Positions 26,528 through 34,790 are shown, counted from the stretch's first letter. The stretch is 36,908 nucleotides of DNA from Gemmatimonadales bacterium (GCA_036741755.1 DAINRP010000002.1:1-36908), one strand, 5' to 3'. The notes: a model not told the origin generated them from the letters alone. Numbers and translations: made by a program.

Positions 26528-27901
26528 ATGAGTCGATTCGAGATGACCAGTGAACTGCCCTGTTCCGCGGACCAGGCGTACGCCTGGCACGCCCGGCCCG
26601 GCGCCTTCGAGCGGCTGACGCCACCCTGGGAGTCGGTGCGAGTGGTCGAGCGACATGGCGGGCTGGATGGTGGCACGGTGGTGCTCGACGTCCCGGTGGG
26701 GCCGACTCGGCAGCGCTGGGTCGCGCGGCACCGCGACGCGATCCCCGGCCGGCAGTTCATCGACGAGCAAATCGAAGGGCCCTTCGCCAGCTGGGTACAC
26801 ACCCACCTCTTCGCGCCGATCGCCCCGGGTCGCACCAGCTACACCGACCGGATCGACTACACGCTGCCCTTCGGCCTCCTGGGCGAGATCGGTGGCGGAT
26901 TCACCGCCAGGAAGCTGCGGCGCACCTTCCGTTACCGGCACGAGACCGTGCGCGACGACCTGGCGGCGCACACCCTCCATGCGGCGCACGCCCCGATGAC
27001 CATCGCCGTCACCGGGTCGACGGGGCTCATCGGCCGGAGCCTCATCCCATTCCTCACGACGGGTGGGCATCGGGTGCGGCGCCTGGTCCGGGGCCGAGCC
27101 GGCGCGGACGACATCAGCTGGGATCCGGCGGCGGGCCGGCTGGACGGCGCCGCGCTCGAGGGGGTCGATGCCGTCGTCCATCTGGCCGGCGAATCGATCG
27201 CCGGGGCCCGCTGGACGGTCGAACAGAAGCAGCGAATCCTCGACAGCCGCATCCTCGGCACCACCCTGCTCGCCGAGACGCTCGCCCGCCTGACACGCCC
27301 GCCGAGCGTCCTGATTTCCGCGTCGGCGGTGGGCATCTACGGCGATCGCGGTGACGAGGTCGTCACCGAGGAAACCCACCTCCGTACCGGCGCGGACAGC
27401 ATGTTCGTCGAGCGGGTGGGGCATGCATGGGAGGCGGCGAGCGCGCCGGCGGAGCGCGCCGGCATCCGGGTGGCGCGAGCCCGGATCGGCATCGTCCTTA
27501 CGCCGGCCGGGGGCGCGCTCGAGCAGCTGCTGCCCCCCTTCCGGATCGGCGCGGGAGGCCGCATGGGGAGCGGCCGACAGTACATGAGCTGGGTGAGCAT
27601 CGATGACGTGGTGGGCGCCCTGCACCACGTCCTCATGACCGAGAGCCTGCATGGCCCGGTCAATGTGACTGCCCCCGAGCCCGCGACCAACGAGGACTTC
27701 AGCCGGGCGCTCGGCCAGGTCCTCGGGCGGCCCACGCTTTTCCCGGTGCCGGCAGCGGCACTCCGGCTCCTGCTGGGCGAGCTGGCGGACGAGCTGCTCC
27801 TCGCGAGCATGCGGGTGCTGCCGACCCGCCTGCAGCAGAGCGGATATCCATTCAGGCACCCCACCCTGGAGCGCGCCCTGCGCCACGTCCTCGGACGCTG
27901 A
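26528..27901 (+). CDS. SRPBCC-domain/TIGR01777 (YfcH-like, DUF1731) NAD-binding epimerase-family fusion protein
   Basis: The N-terminal ~150 aa is START/SRPBCC-like. It is followed by IAVTGSTGLIGRSL (Rossmann) and a C-terminal RVLPTRLQQSGYPFRHPTLERAL region typical of the YfcH family. Confidence 0.8.
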   Translation: MSRFEMTSELPCSADQAYAWHARPGAFERLTPPWESVRVVERHGGLDGGTVVLDVPVGPTRQRWVARHRDAIPGRQFIDEQIEGPFASWVHTHLFAPIAPGRTSYTDRIDYTLPFGLLGEIGGGFTARKLRRTFRYRHETVRDDLAAHTLHAAHAPMTIAVTGSTGLIGRSLIPFLTTGGHRVRRLVRGRAGADDISWDPAAGRLDGAALEGVDAVVHLAGESIAGARWTVEQKQRILDSRILGTTLLAETLARLTRPPSVLISASAVGIYGDRGDEVVTEETHLRTGADSMFVERVGHAWEAASAPAERAGIRVARARIGIVLTPAGGALEQLLPPFRIGAGGRMGSGRQYMSWVSIDDVVGALHHVLMTESLHGPVNVTAPEPATNEDFSRALGQVLGRPTLFPVPAAALRLLLGELADELLLASMRVLPTRLQQSGYPFRHPTLERALRHVLGR

Positions 27902-27963
27902 GCACCGAGGCGAGCACGGGGGCCGGCCTTACTCGGCGGCAGCGGAGTTCATAGGTTTCCGCC

Positions 27964-28674
27964 ATGGCATCCGCCCCCAGGGCCGTCGTCCTCGTGTCGG
28001 GCGGCCTCGACTCCGCGACCGTCCTCGCGATCGCCCTGCGCGAAGGCTACCAGCCCTACGCGCTGAGCTTCGACTATGGCCAGCGGCATGTGGCCGAACT
28101 CGCCGCGGCGCGCGAAGTGAGCCGGCGCGCGCGCGTCGCCGGACACACCGTCGTCACGATCGACCTGCGGAGCTTCGGCGGTTCGGCCCTCACCAGCGAC
28201 CTGCCGGTACCCAAGGGACGCTCCGCCGAGGCGATGAGCCGGGACATCCCGATCACCTATGTCCCCGCGCGCAACACCATCTTCCTCTCCTACGCCCTCG
28301 CCTGGGCCGAGGTGCTCGGCGCTACCGACATCTTCCTGGGTGTGAATGCGCTCGACTACAGCGGCTACCCGGATTGCCGTCCCGAGTATATCGAGGCCTT
28401 CGAGAAGATGGCCAACCTCGCCACGCGCGCGGGGGTCGAGGGCACCGCGAAATTCAGGATCCACACCCCGCTGATCAGCCTGACCAAGCGCGAGATCATC
28501 GCCACCGGACTCGCGCTGGGCGTCGACTACTCGATCACGCGGAGCTGCTACGACCCCTCGCCGGCCGGCGAAGCCTGCGGCGGCTGCGACTCCTGCCAGC
28601 TGCGGCTCAAGGGTTTCCGGGAGAACGGGATTCAGGATCCCGCGCCGTACCAGCAGGCGCAGACCGGTGGGTGA
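27964..28674 (+). CDS. queC: 7-cyano-7-deazaguanine synthase
   Basis: [14 protein letters not shown]-loop, YGQRH, and the C-terminal zinc cluster [21 protein letters not shown]. Confidence 0.95.
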   Translation: MASAPRAVVLVSGGLDSATVLAIALREGYQPYALSFDYGQRHVAELAAAREVSRRARVAGHTVVTIDLRSFGGSALTSDLPVPKGRSAEAMSRDIPITYVPARNTIFLSYALAWAEVLGATDIFLGVNALDYSGYPDCRPEYIEAFEKMANLATRAGVEGTAKFRIHTPLISLTKREIIATGLALGVDYSITRSCYDPSPAGEACGGCDSCQLRLKGFRENGIQDPAPYQQAQTGG

Positions 28675-28724
28675 GGCGTGAAGGGATCCTGCTCCCCGGA
28701 CTCTACGCCTCACTACTTTTCGAG

Positions 28725-29366
28725 ATGACCTACGCCGTCAAGGAAATCTTCTATACCCTCCAGGGCGAGGGAGCGAACGCCGGCCGGCCGGCGGTGTTCT
28801 GTCGCTTCGCCGGCTGCAACCTGTGGACGGGCCGTGAGGCGGATCGGGACGGGGCGATCTGCCAGTTCTGCGACACCGACTTTATCGGGACCGACGGCCC
28901 GGGCGGCGGCACCTTCAAGACGGCAGCCGAGCTGGCGCGGGCGGTCCGCGCCGCCTGGCCCGCGGTCACTGCCCCGGCGGCGCAGCCGATGGTGGTCTGT
29001 ACGGGAGGGGAGCCGCTGCTGCAGCTCGATGCGGCGGCCATCGCGGCGCTTCACGGCGAAGGCTTCGAGATCGCGGTCGAGACCAACGGCACGCAGCCGG
29101 CGCCCCGCGGCCTCGACTGGATCTGCGTGAGCCCGAAGGCCGGGGCACCGCTGCTGCAGACCGCCGGGCATGAACTCAAGCTGGTGTTTCCGCAGCGGGG
29201 CGCCGAGCCGGAGCGCTTCCGCGGGATGGCGTTCCAGCATTTCTTCCTGCAACCGATGGACGGACCCGACCGCGCACGGAACACCGCGCTGGCGGTTGAC
29301 TACTGCCTGGCTCACCCCGAGTGGCGATTGAGCCTGCAGACCCACAAGATGCTGGGTATTCCATGA
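28725..29366 (+). CDS. queE: 7-carboxy-7-deazaguanine synthase (radical SAM)
   Basis: EIFYTLQGEGANAGRPAVFCRFAGCNLWTG... fits the CxxxxxxxxxxxxxCxxC-type QueE cluster, with LSLQTHKMLGIP at the C-terminus. The start is placed at the ATG at 28725. Confidence 0.9.
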   Translation: MTYAVKEIFYTLQGEGANAGRPAVFCRFAGCNLWTGREADRDGAICQFCDTDFIGTDGPGGGTFKTAAELARAVRAAWPAVTAPAAQPMVVCTGGEPLLQLDAAAIAALHGEGFEIAVETNGTQPAPRGLDWICVSPKAGAPLLQTAGHELKLVFPQRGAEPERFRGMAFQHFFLQPMDGPDRARNTALAVDYCLAHPEWRLSLQTHKMLGIP

Positions 29367-29962
29367 ACCCTGGCTATTCGGATCGGATCGCACACGCTCT
29401 CGCCTTCAGCGCGAAACATGGCGCGGCCCGGGCGCGGCGCGGCAGCGGCGGCAGCTGGCTCACCCAGCCGGCCAACGTGGCGGTGATTCTCGCGCGTTAC
29501 GGCGCGGACGAGGTCACGATCGTGGCGGGCATCCTCAGCTCGCTGCTCAACGAGACCGAACCGTCCCTCCGGCCCGAGATCATGCAGAAGGTCGGAGTGA
29601 AGTTCGGCGAGCGGGTGGTGGAGCTCCTGCGGCAGGTGGTGGAGCCGCGCTACGACGCCCGCGGGAAGGAGCGAAGCTGGGAAGCCTCGAAGATGGACTT
29701 TCTGGCGGGGCTGACCGCGGCGGACCCGCGGGCGCTCGAGGTCTGCGCGGCCAATGAGATCTTCCAGTGCGGCGCCGTGGTCACTGACGCCCGCCGCCTC
29801 GGGCCCGAGTACCTCTCCGGCTACGCCCCCGGCGGGGCCCCCGCCCTGCTGCGCTGGTTCCACGGTGTCGTGGATGCCCTGGAACGGCACCCGACCGGAC
29901 CGCGCCCCGGCATGCTCGCTGAATTGCGCGGGCTGACGAGCCGACTCAGCGAAATCGCCTAG
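29363..29962 (+). CDS. SpoT/Mesh1-like HD-domain homolog with substituted metal-binding motifs
   Basis: The ATG overlaps the queE stop (ATGA). It aligns by eye to the RelA/SpoT hydrolase core. HP is replaced by QP, LLHD by ILSS, and EDT by NET, while FGERVVELL is retained. Confidence 0.6.
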   Translation: MNPGYSDRIAHALAFSAKHGAARARRGSGGSWLTQPANVAVILARYGADEVTIVAGILSSLLNETEPSLRPEIMQKVGVKFGERVVELLRQVVEPRYDARGKERSWEASKMDFLAGLTAADPRALEVCAANEIFQCGAVVTDARRLGPEYLSGYAPGGAPALLRWFHGVVDALERHPTGPRPGMLAELRGLTSRLSEIA

Positions 29963-30234
29963 CGGAGGAGCAGGAGCGCCGCCTCGCTGCTTCGATCGGG
30001 GAGGCGCGCATCGGCGCCGCCGCTGGTGGCGACCGCCAGCCCCCACGCAACATGGCGGTCGTCGCCCCGATGCATGCCGCCACCCCGCCCAGCCCCAGCT
30101 TCAAGTCAGCCATGCACCCTTCGGTGAGACCCGCGTGTGCCGGAACTCAACCAGCATGGGCGGGCGGCAGAGTCCAGGGGAGCCGCGCCAAACGCTCGCC
30201 TCACTGTGAGCCTATCGCTATATTGCCCAACAGG

Positions 30235-31575
30235 ATGGAATCTCCCTCAGCACTCTCCGCACTGGCCTCGATCCCGGGGGCCTTCGCCGCCGCCTGCCGC
30301 CACGCCCGCACGGACAGTGAACTGTTCGAGCGCTGTCGTGACGCCCTTGCAGAGCGGTTCGGCAGCGAAAAGATCTGGTTCAGCGTCAACTCGCCGGGCG
30401 CGATGATGACGCTGCTGCCTCCCCCCGACTGGCTGCCTGGCGGGGTCGAAGTGGTGCGTCTCGCCAGCGGGCAGACCGAGATCGCCATCTTCGCCGACCC
30501 CTCGGTTGCCACCGAGCTCCGCGGGCATGCCACCCCGATCGCACTCGGCCTCTCGGTGATGCTCGAGCTGCATGCCGTGCTCCGGGAGCGGCAGGGCCAG
30601 CTCGACGACGCGGTGTTTCAGCTGCGCGCGCTCCGCCAGGTGGCGCGGCTCCTCTCCTCGGTCCATTCGGCCGAAGAGACGGAGAACCTGATCCTGGATT
30701 TCATGGCGGAGGTGTTCTTCTGCTGGTGGGCCTGCCTGTACCGGCCGCTGGGCGACATCTATCTGCCGAAGGTGGTGCGGTCGCTGAAGGGCTCGATGTC
30801 GCTCAATCCGGTCGACCGCGCTGCACTCGACGACGCACTGGTCCCGGATGTGCCCGTCTCCACGATGCAGGACGTCTCGATCGGCAAGCTGTTCCCGGCG
30901 ACGACGCAGATCGTGGTCTCGCTCGACGCCGGCGCGGAACGGCTCGCCGTGATGGCGCTGGGCCCCCGGCTCCACGATCAGTCGTTCGGCCCCGCCGAAT
31001 GCGATCTCGCGGGGACGCTCGCTTTCGCGGCGGCGATCGCCCTCAAGAACGCGCAGCTGGTCGAGCAGCTGCAGAACGCCGCGAGCACCGATCCGCTGAC
31101 CGGGCTTTCCAACCGCCGCGCGATGGAGCAGCGCCTCAGCGCGGAGCTGTCCCGCACCAAACGGCACCAGATCAAGACCAGCGTGGTCATGATCGACGTC
31201 GACCGCTTCAAGCTGGTCAACGACACGCTGGGCCATGGCGCGGGTGACCGGCTGCTCGCCGAACTCGCTCGCCTCCTCAAGCAGCAATGCCGGACCCTCG
31301 ATGCCGTGGGCCGCATGGGCGGGGATGAATTCCTGGTGATCCTGCCGATGACGACGACCGCGGAGGCGATGGTGTTCGTGGAGCGGGTCAGGGTCGCTGT
31401 CGGCCGGCTGGAACAGTCCCACCCCGAATTCGGCCGACCCTCACTCAGCATGGGCATCGCCGAGGCGCCGCGGCATGGCGTCACTCCTGACGCCGTCATC
31501 GGCGCGGCCGACGCCGCGCTCTACCGTGCGAAACGGGGCGGGCGCAACGCGGTCGAGACCGCCGAAGGAATCTGA
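30235..31575 (+). CDS. Diguanylate cyclase (GGDEF) with an N-terminal GAF-like sensor region
   Basis: DPLTGLSNRR, DVDRFKLVNDTLGHGAGD, an intact GGDEF, and an I-site RTLD five residues upstream of GGDEF. The start is uncertain: the ATG at 30235 (MESPSALS...) or the ORF-track start at 30052. Confidence 0.85.
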   Translation: MESPSALSALASIPGAFAAACRHARTDSELFERCRDALAERFGSEKIWFSVNSPGAMMTLLPPPDWLPGGVEVVRLASGQTEIAIFADPSVATELRGHATPIALGLSVMLELHAVLRERQGQLDDAVFQLRALRQVARLLSSVHSAEETENLILDFMAEVFFCWWACLYRPLGDIYLPKVVRSLKGSMSLNPVDRAALDDALVPDVPVSTMQDVSIGKLFPATTQIVVSLDAGAERLAVMALGPRLHDQSFGPAECDLAGTLAFAAAIALKNAQLVEQLQNAASTDPLTGLSNRRAMEQRLSAELSRTKRHQIKTSVVMIDVDRFKLVNDTLGHGAGDRLLAELARLLKQQCRTLDAVGRMGGDEFLVILPMTTTAEAMVFVERVRVAVGRLEQSHPEFGRPSLSMGIAEAPRHGVTPDAVIGAADAALYRAKRGGRNAVETAEGI

Positions 31576-31577
31576 TT

Positions 31578-32144
31578 GTGCCGGACGAGGAATTCCTCCT
31601 TCTGGGCGAGGCCCTCTGGCTGGAATTCGTCAACACGGCGGAGTCCCCTCCGGTCGGTCGCGACTCCCTGAGCGATCCGGGAGAGTACCTCCGCTGGACC
31701 AAGGCCGTTCGGATCGAACCGCCCAGAGATGCGTCGGCGTTCGATGACGCGCTCACCCTCCGCACCAGGCTGCTCGCGCTGGCGCGCGCCCTGGATACGG
31801 GCCGCAATCCACCGCCCTCGGCCATCGAGGCGATCAACCGGCTGCTGGTCGGCATGGAAGGCCGGGAGCAGTTGGTGCGGGTCGGCGGCAACTGGCAGCT
31901 CCGCATCCAGCCGGTCCGTCCCCCAAGTGCGCTGGAAGCGGTGGCGCAGTCCGCCGCGCAGACCCTCGCCAACCCGATCGCGGTGATTCGCCGCTGTGCC
32001 AACCCGGGCTGCGGGCTCTACTTCTCCGACGAATCTCCCAACCAGTCACGGCGCTGGTGCAGCCGCAGCCGGTGCGGGGACACCGGCCGCATCGAGCGGC
32101 GGCGAAATACCCCGCGTCCCACCCCGATGATCACCGAGGGGTGA
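31578..32144 (+). CDS. CGNR zinc-finger protein (ABATE N-terminal domain plus C-terminal zf-CGNR)
   Basis: GTG start 8 nt after AAGGA and 2 nt after the GGDEF stop. C-terminus CANPGCGLYFSDESPNQSRRWCSRSRCGDTGRIERRR, where the CGNR core reads CGDTGR. Confidence 0.8.
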   Translation: MPDEEFLLLGEALWLEFVNTAESPPVGRDSLSDPGEYLRWTKAVRIEPPRDASAFDDALTLRTRLLALARALDTGRNPPPSAIEAINRLLVGMEGREQLVRVGGNWQLRIQPVRPPSALEAVAQSAAQTLANPIAVIRRCANPGCGLYFSDESPNQSRRWCSRSRCGDTGRIERRRNTPRPTPMITEG

Positions 32145-32154
32145 GGCTCCATCG

Positions 32155-33912
32155 ATGACCACACCGCCGCCGCTCACGATCTTCGAGCGCGTGGAGGCTG
32201 CGCTGGGCCACCGGTTCCGGCTGGAAACCATGGTCGCGGCCTCCCGGGAGCGGGTGCTCTTTACAGCGCTCGACGTCCTCCTCTCCCGCCGCGTCTCTCT
32301 GCGCGTCAATCTCTACCCCGATGACCGGACCCGGGCCTGGTTCCTCCGTGAGGCGGAGGCCCTGGCCCAGCTCGATCATCCCGCGATCCGCCACGTCTAC
32401 GACGCCGGCATCATCGGAGACCTCGCCTTCCGGGTGGGCAACTGGATCGAAGGGGAGAGCCTCAAGGAGGCCACGCAGCGTGGCCCACGGCCCTTCCCCG
32501 CCGTGCACATTCTTGCCCGCGACGTGCTGAGCGGGCTGGAACACGCCCACGCACACGGGATCATCGTGCGGCGCATCGCGCCAACCTCCCTCCTGGTGAA
32601 TCTCGCCGGCCGTGGCACGGTCACCGACCTGCGGTTCTGCAACTGGACGCTGCCCACGATTCCGCCTGGCGAGGTCACCGGTGCGCAGTCGTTCCTCGCG
32701 CCGGAGATCCGGGCAGGCGCCGCCGGCGATCCCACGAGCGACATCTACACCGCCGGCGCGATCCTCTACTTCGCGGTGACCGGTCAGGAGCCGCCGCTCG
32801 ACTCGAACGAGCTGAAGCCGCCCTCCGCGCTTCGCCCCAATTGTCCGCAGGCGATCGAGCGCATCCTGCTCCGGTCGCTCCGGCCGGACGCCGACGATCG
32901 CTACCTCACGGCGGCGGAGATGCTGGACGATTTCGCCTCGGATGCGGGGACCTTCGAGAATCCGGCGGTGATGGTGCAGGTCAATTCCCGGCTCCTCGCC
33001 GGCGAGAGCGAAGAAGGACGCCACTGGGAAAAGCGGCTGCGCCGGGCGCTGGGCGACGATTACGAATTGCTGTCGCCGCTCGGCCGCGGCGGATACGGCC
33101 GCGTCTACCGGGTGCGCGACCTGCATCTCGAGCGCGAGGTCGCCCTCAAGGTGCTGCACCCCCACCTGACCGCCGATCCGGCCGTCGTGGAGCGGTTCCG
33201 CCGCGAGGCGCAGCTCGCGGCCCGGCTCAACCATCCGAACATCGTCGCGATCTACGACATCGGCGGCCGGGCGGGGATGCTCTGGTACACGATGGAGCTG
33301 GTGAAGGGCCCGAACCTGGCGCAGCTGGTGGAGAAGGAGGGGCCGCTGCCCCTGGAGCGGGTGGTGCGCCTGCTGCGCGAGTCGCTCAGCGCGCTCTCCC
33401 AGGCCCATACCGCGGGCCTGGTGCACCGCGACCTCAAGCCGGAGAACATGCTCATCGACCAGACCATGAGCGTGCAGATCACCGACTTCGGACTGGCGCT
33501 GGCGCTGCGCGGGCAGGGCCGCTTCGGCGGGGCGACCAGCCAGAGCGGGACCCCCATGTTCGCCAGCCCCGAGCAGCTGCTCGGCGAGCGGGTGGACCAG
33601 CGCTCCGACCTCTACAGCCTCGCGGCGGTCGCCTACTTTGCCCTGCTGGGCGAGCCCCCGTTCAGTGGAAAGACGGTCGAGCAGGTGCTGACCCGGCAGA
33701 CGAACAACCAGTACCCCGAACTGCGCGCGCGGCGCACGGACCTGAGCGAGGATGTCGCCCTGGTGCTGGAACGGGCGATGCACGCCGAGGTGGAACAGCG
33801 GTATCCCTCGGCGACCGAATTCCTCCAGGCCCTGAACCGGGCCACCGGCAAGGGGCTCCGGCGGCGGAGCGGGGAGTGGGCCAAGGCGGCCCTCCGATGG
33901 TGGAAGCCCTAG
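32155..33912 (+). CDS. Soluble tandem pseudokinase-kinase Ser/Thr protein kinase
   Basis: The C-terminal half (aa ~303-560) carries GRGGYGRVY, VALK, HRDLKPEN, DFG and SPE. The N-terminal half (aa ~20-260) is kinase-like, with the alphaC motif REAEALAQLDHPAI, APE and DIYTAGAILY. In that half the G-loop is lost, VAIK is replaced by VSLR, HRD by VRR, and DFG by DLR. Confidence 0.9.
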   Translation: MTTPPPLTIFERVEAALGHRFRLETMVAASRERVLFTALDVLLSRRVSLRVNLYPDDRTRAWFLREAEALAQLDHPAIRHVYDAGIIGDLAFRVGNWIEGESLKEATQRGPRPFPAVHILARDVLSGLEHAHAHGIIVRRIAPTSLLVNLAGRGTVTDLRFCNWTLPTIPPGEVTGAQSFLAPEIRAGAAGDPTSDIYTAGAILYFAVTGQEPPLDSNELKPPSALRPNCPQAIERILLRSLRPDADDRYLTAAEMLDDFASDAGTFENPAVMVQVNSRLLAGESEEGRHWEKRLRRALGDDYELLSPLGRGGYGRVYRVRDLHLEREVALKVLHPHLTADPAVVERFRREAQLAARLNHPNIVAIYDIGGRAGMLWYTMELVKGPNLAQLVEKEGPLPLERVVRLLRESLSALSQAHTAGLVHRDLKPENMLIDQTMSVQITDFGLALALRGQGRFGGATSQSGTPMFASPEQLLGERVDQRSDLYSLAAVAYFALLGEPPFSGKTVEQVLTRQTNNQYPELRARRTDLSEDVALVLERAMHAEVEQRYPSATEFLQALNRATGKGLRRRSGEWAKAALRWWKP

Positions 33913-34029
33913 TCGGGAATCCCCCTTGACGCCACGGCTGGAGGCCCCATTTTAGTGGCGGCTGGAAATGGCCAGAAGGCTTGGCCGGGTGGCATCCGAG
34001 CAGGGTTATTCCTCACCAGGAAGACTGCG

Positions 34030-34063
34030 CGACCCGGGCAACACTGAGCCCGGGTCGTTTTTT
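34030..34063 (+). terminator. Strong rho-independent terminator (10-bp stem, 8-nt loop, T6)
   Basis: CGACCCGGGC-aacactga-GCCCGGGTCG is followed by TTTTTT. It lies 118 nt after the kinase stop and 72 nt before the csp ATG. Confidence 0.85.
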
Positions 34064-34134
34064 AGCCGTCCCAGTCGTGGCACCGGAGATCGCCGGACCC
34101 GACATCGTTTTCCCCTCGCATGGAGTACAGCAGT

Positions 34135-34347
34135 ATGCCTCGCGTAACCGGCACGGTGAAGTGGTTCAATGACGCCAAGGGCTTCGGTTTCATCACGCCC
34201 GAAAACGGCTCCAAGGATTGCTTCGTCCACCACACCGCCATCAAGTCCGATGGGTTCCGCAGCCTCGCCGAGGGTGAGCGCGTCGAGTTCGACATCGTTG
34301 AGGGCGCCAAGGGCCCCGCGGCGGAGAACGTCACCAAGGTCAAGTAA
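34135..34347 (+). CDS. Cold-shock protein (CspA family)
   Basis: [15 protein letters not shown] (RNP1) and DCFVHHTAI (RNP2). GGAG lies 9 nt before the ATG at 34135, and the track start at 34120 adds 5 unlikely residues. Confidence 0.95.
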   Translation: MPRVTGTVKWFNDAKGFGFITPENGSKDCFVHHTAIKSDGFRSLAEGERVEFDIVEGAKGPAAENVTKVK

Positions 34348-34384
34348 GGTCCTGCGCCGCACGGCGCCGAGACCCCAAGCGGAC

Positions 34385-34414
34385 GGGGGCCGGTCTTTCG
34401 ACCGGCCCCCGTTT
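34385..34414. terminator. Bidirectional intrinsic terminator between csp and infA
   Basis: GGGGGCCGGTC-tttc-GACCGGCCCCC (11-bp stem) is followed by GTTT. Confidence 0.8.
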
Positions 34415-34500
34415 GCTGTCAGCAGGTTCTGCTCAAGCGACCGTCTCGATCACGGCCCGATGGTCAGGACCGCTCGTTGGCGCGCACGGCCCTACGCGCC

Positions 34501-34719
34501 TCACTTATGCCGGTAGATAACCCGGCCGCGGGTGAGGTCGTATGGGGAGAGGACCACGGTGACCCGGTCCCCTTCGAGGACACGGATCTTGAATTTGCTC
34601 ATCTTGCCGGCCGCATAGGCGAGGATGGAGTGCCCGTTCTCGAGGAGGACCCGGTAATTGCGATCGGGCAGCACCTCGCTGACTACGCCCTCCATTTCAA
34701 TGCCTTCTTCCTTCGCCAT
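34501..34719 (-). CDS. infA: Translation initiation factor IF-1
   Basis: [72 protein letters not shown] is a canonical 72-aa IF-1. Confidence 0.97.
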   Translation of the reverse strand: MAKEEGIEMEGVVSEVLPDRNYRVLLENGHSILAYAAGKMSKFKIRVLEGDRVTVVLSPYDLTRGRVIYRHK

Positions 34720-34790
34720 TCACCCTCTCCGACAAGGTTGTTTGAAGCAGCCGCGGCCGACGAGAACCCGGGTCGCGGCAGGACAGCAAT

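Noticed and set aside
26320-26835. N-terminal 172-codon extension of the M1 peptidase ORF (similarly 12346..12591 for the M28 peptidase and 16369..16695 for marR)
   Set aside because: The extensions have junk-like composition and run into divergent or neighbouring genes or promoters. The internal ATGs are followed by proper signal peptides (M1, M28) or sit behind a good promoter (marR).
27942-27962. Hairpin GCGGA-guucauagguu-UCCGC directly before the queC ATG, whose loop vaguely recalls the UUC..UAG loop of preQ1-I riboswitches
   Set aside because: There is no A-rich 3' tail and no CUA segment to form the pseudoknot, and the stem is only 5 bp. This is not enough to call a riboswitch without an Infernal score.
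27964-29962. 7-deazaguanine DNA-modification (Dpd-like) defence island
   Set aside because: Only queC and queE are present. There are no TGT/DpdA-like, ParB-like or helicase/nuclease genes nearby, so this looks like housekeeping tRNA-queuosine precursor synthesis.
29946-30113. Possible 55-aa minus-strand ORF (MADLKLGLGGVAACIGATTAMLRGGW...) in the gap between the HD gene and the GGDEF gene
   Set aside because: It has GC-rich third positions and a short hydrophobic start. However, the remainder is Arg/Pro/Ala/Ser low complexity, the SD spacing is poor, and it overlaps the HD gene 3' end. The evidence is insufficient.
30052-30234. Longer N-terminus for the GGDEF protein starting at 30052
   Set aside because: The extra 61 residues (MAVVAPMHAATPPSPSFKSAMHPSVRPACAG...) look non-globular, and a TATATT -10-like element lies inside them. 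The true start remains uncertain, so this is noted rather than excluded.
32131-33783. 550-aa minus-strand ORF opposite the kinase gene (similar cases: 24508..26391, 26075..27886, 12305..13537, 20764..22611, 15264..16583, 4060..5548)
   Set aside because: All lie antisense or out of frame to genes with strong family signatures and show Arg/Gly/Pro/His-rich low-complexity translations. I treat them as non-coding.
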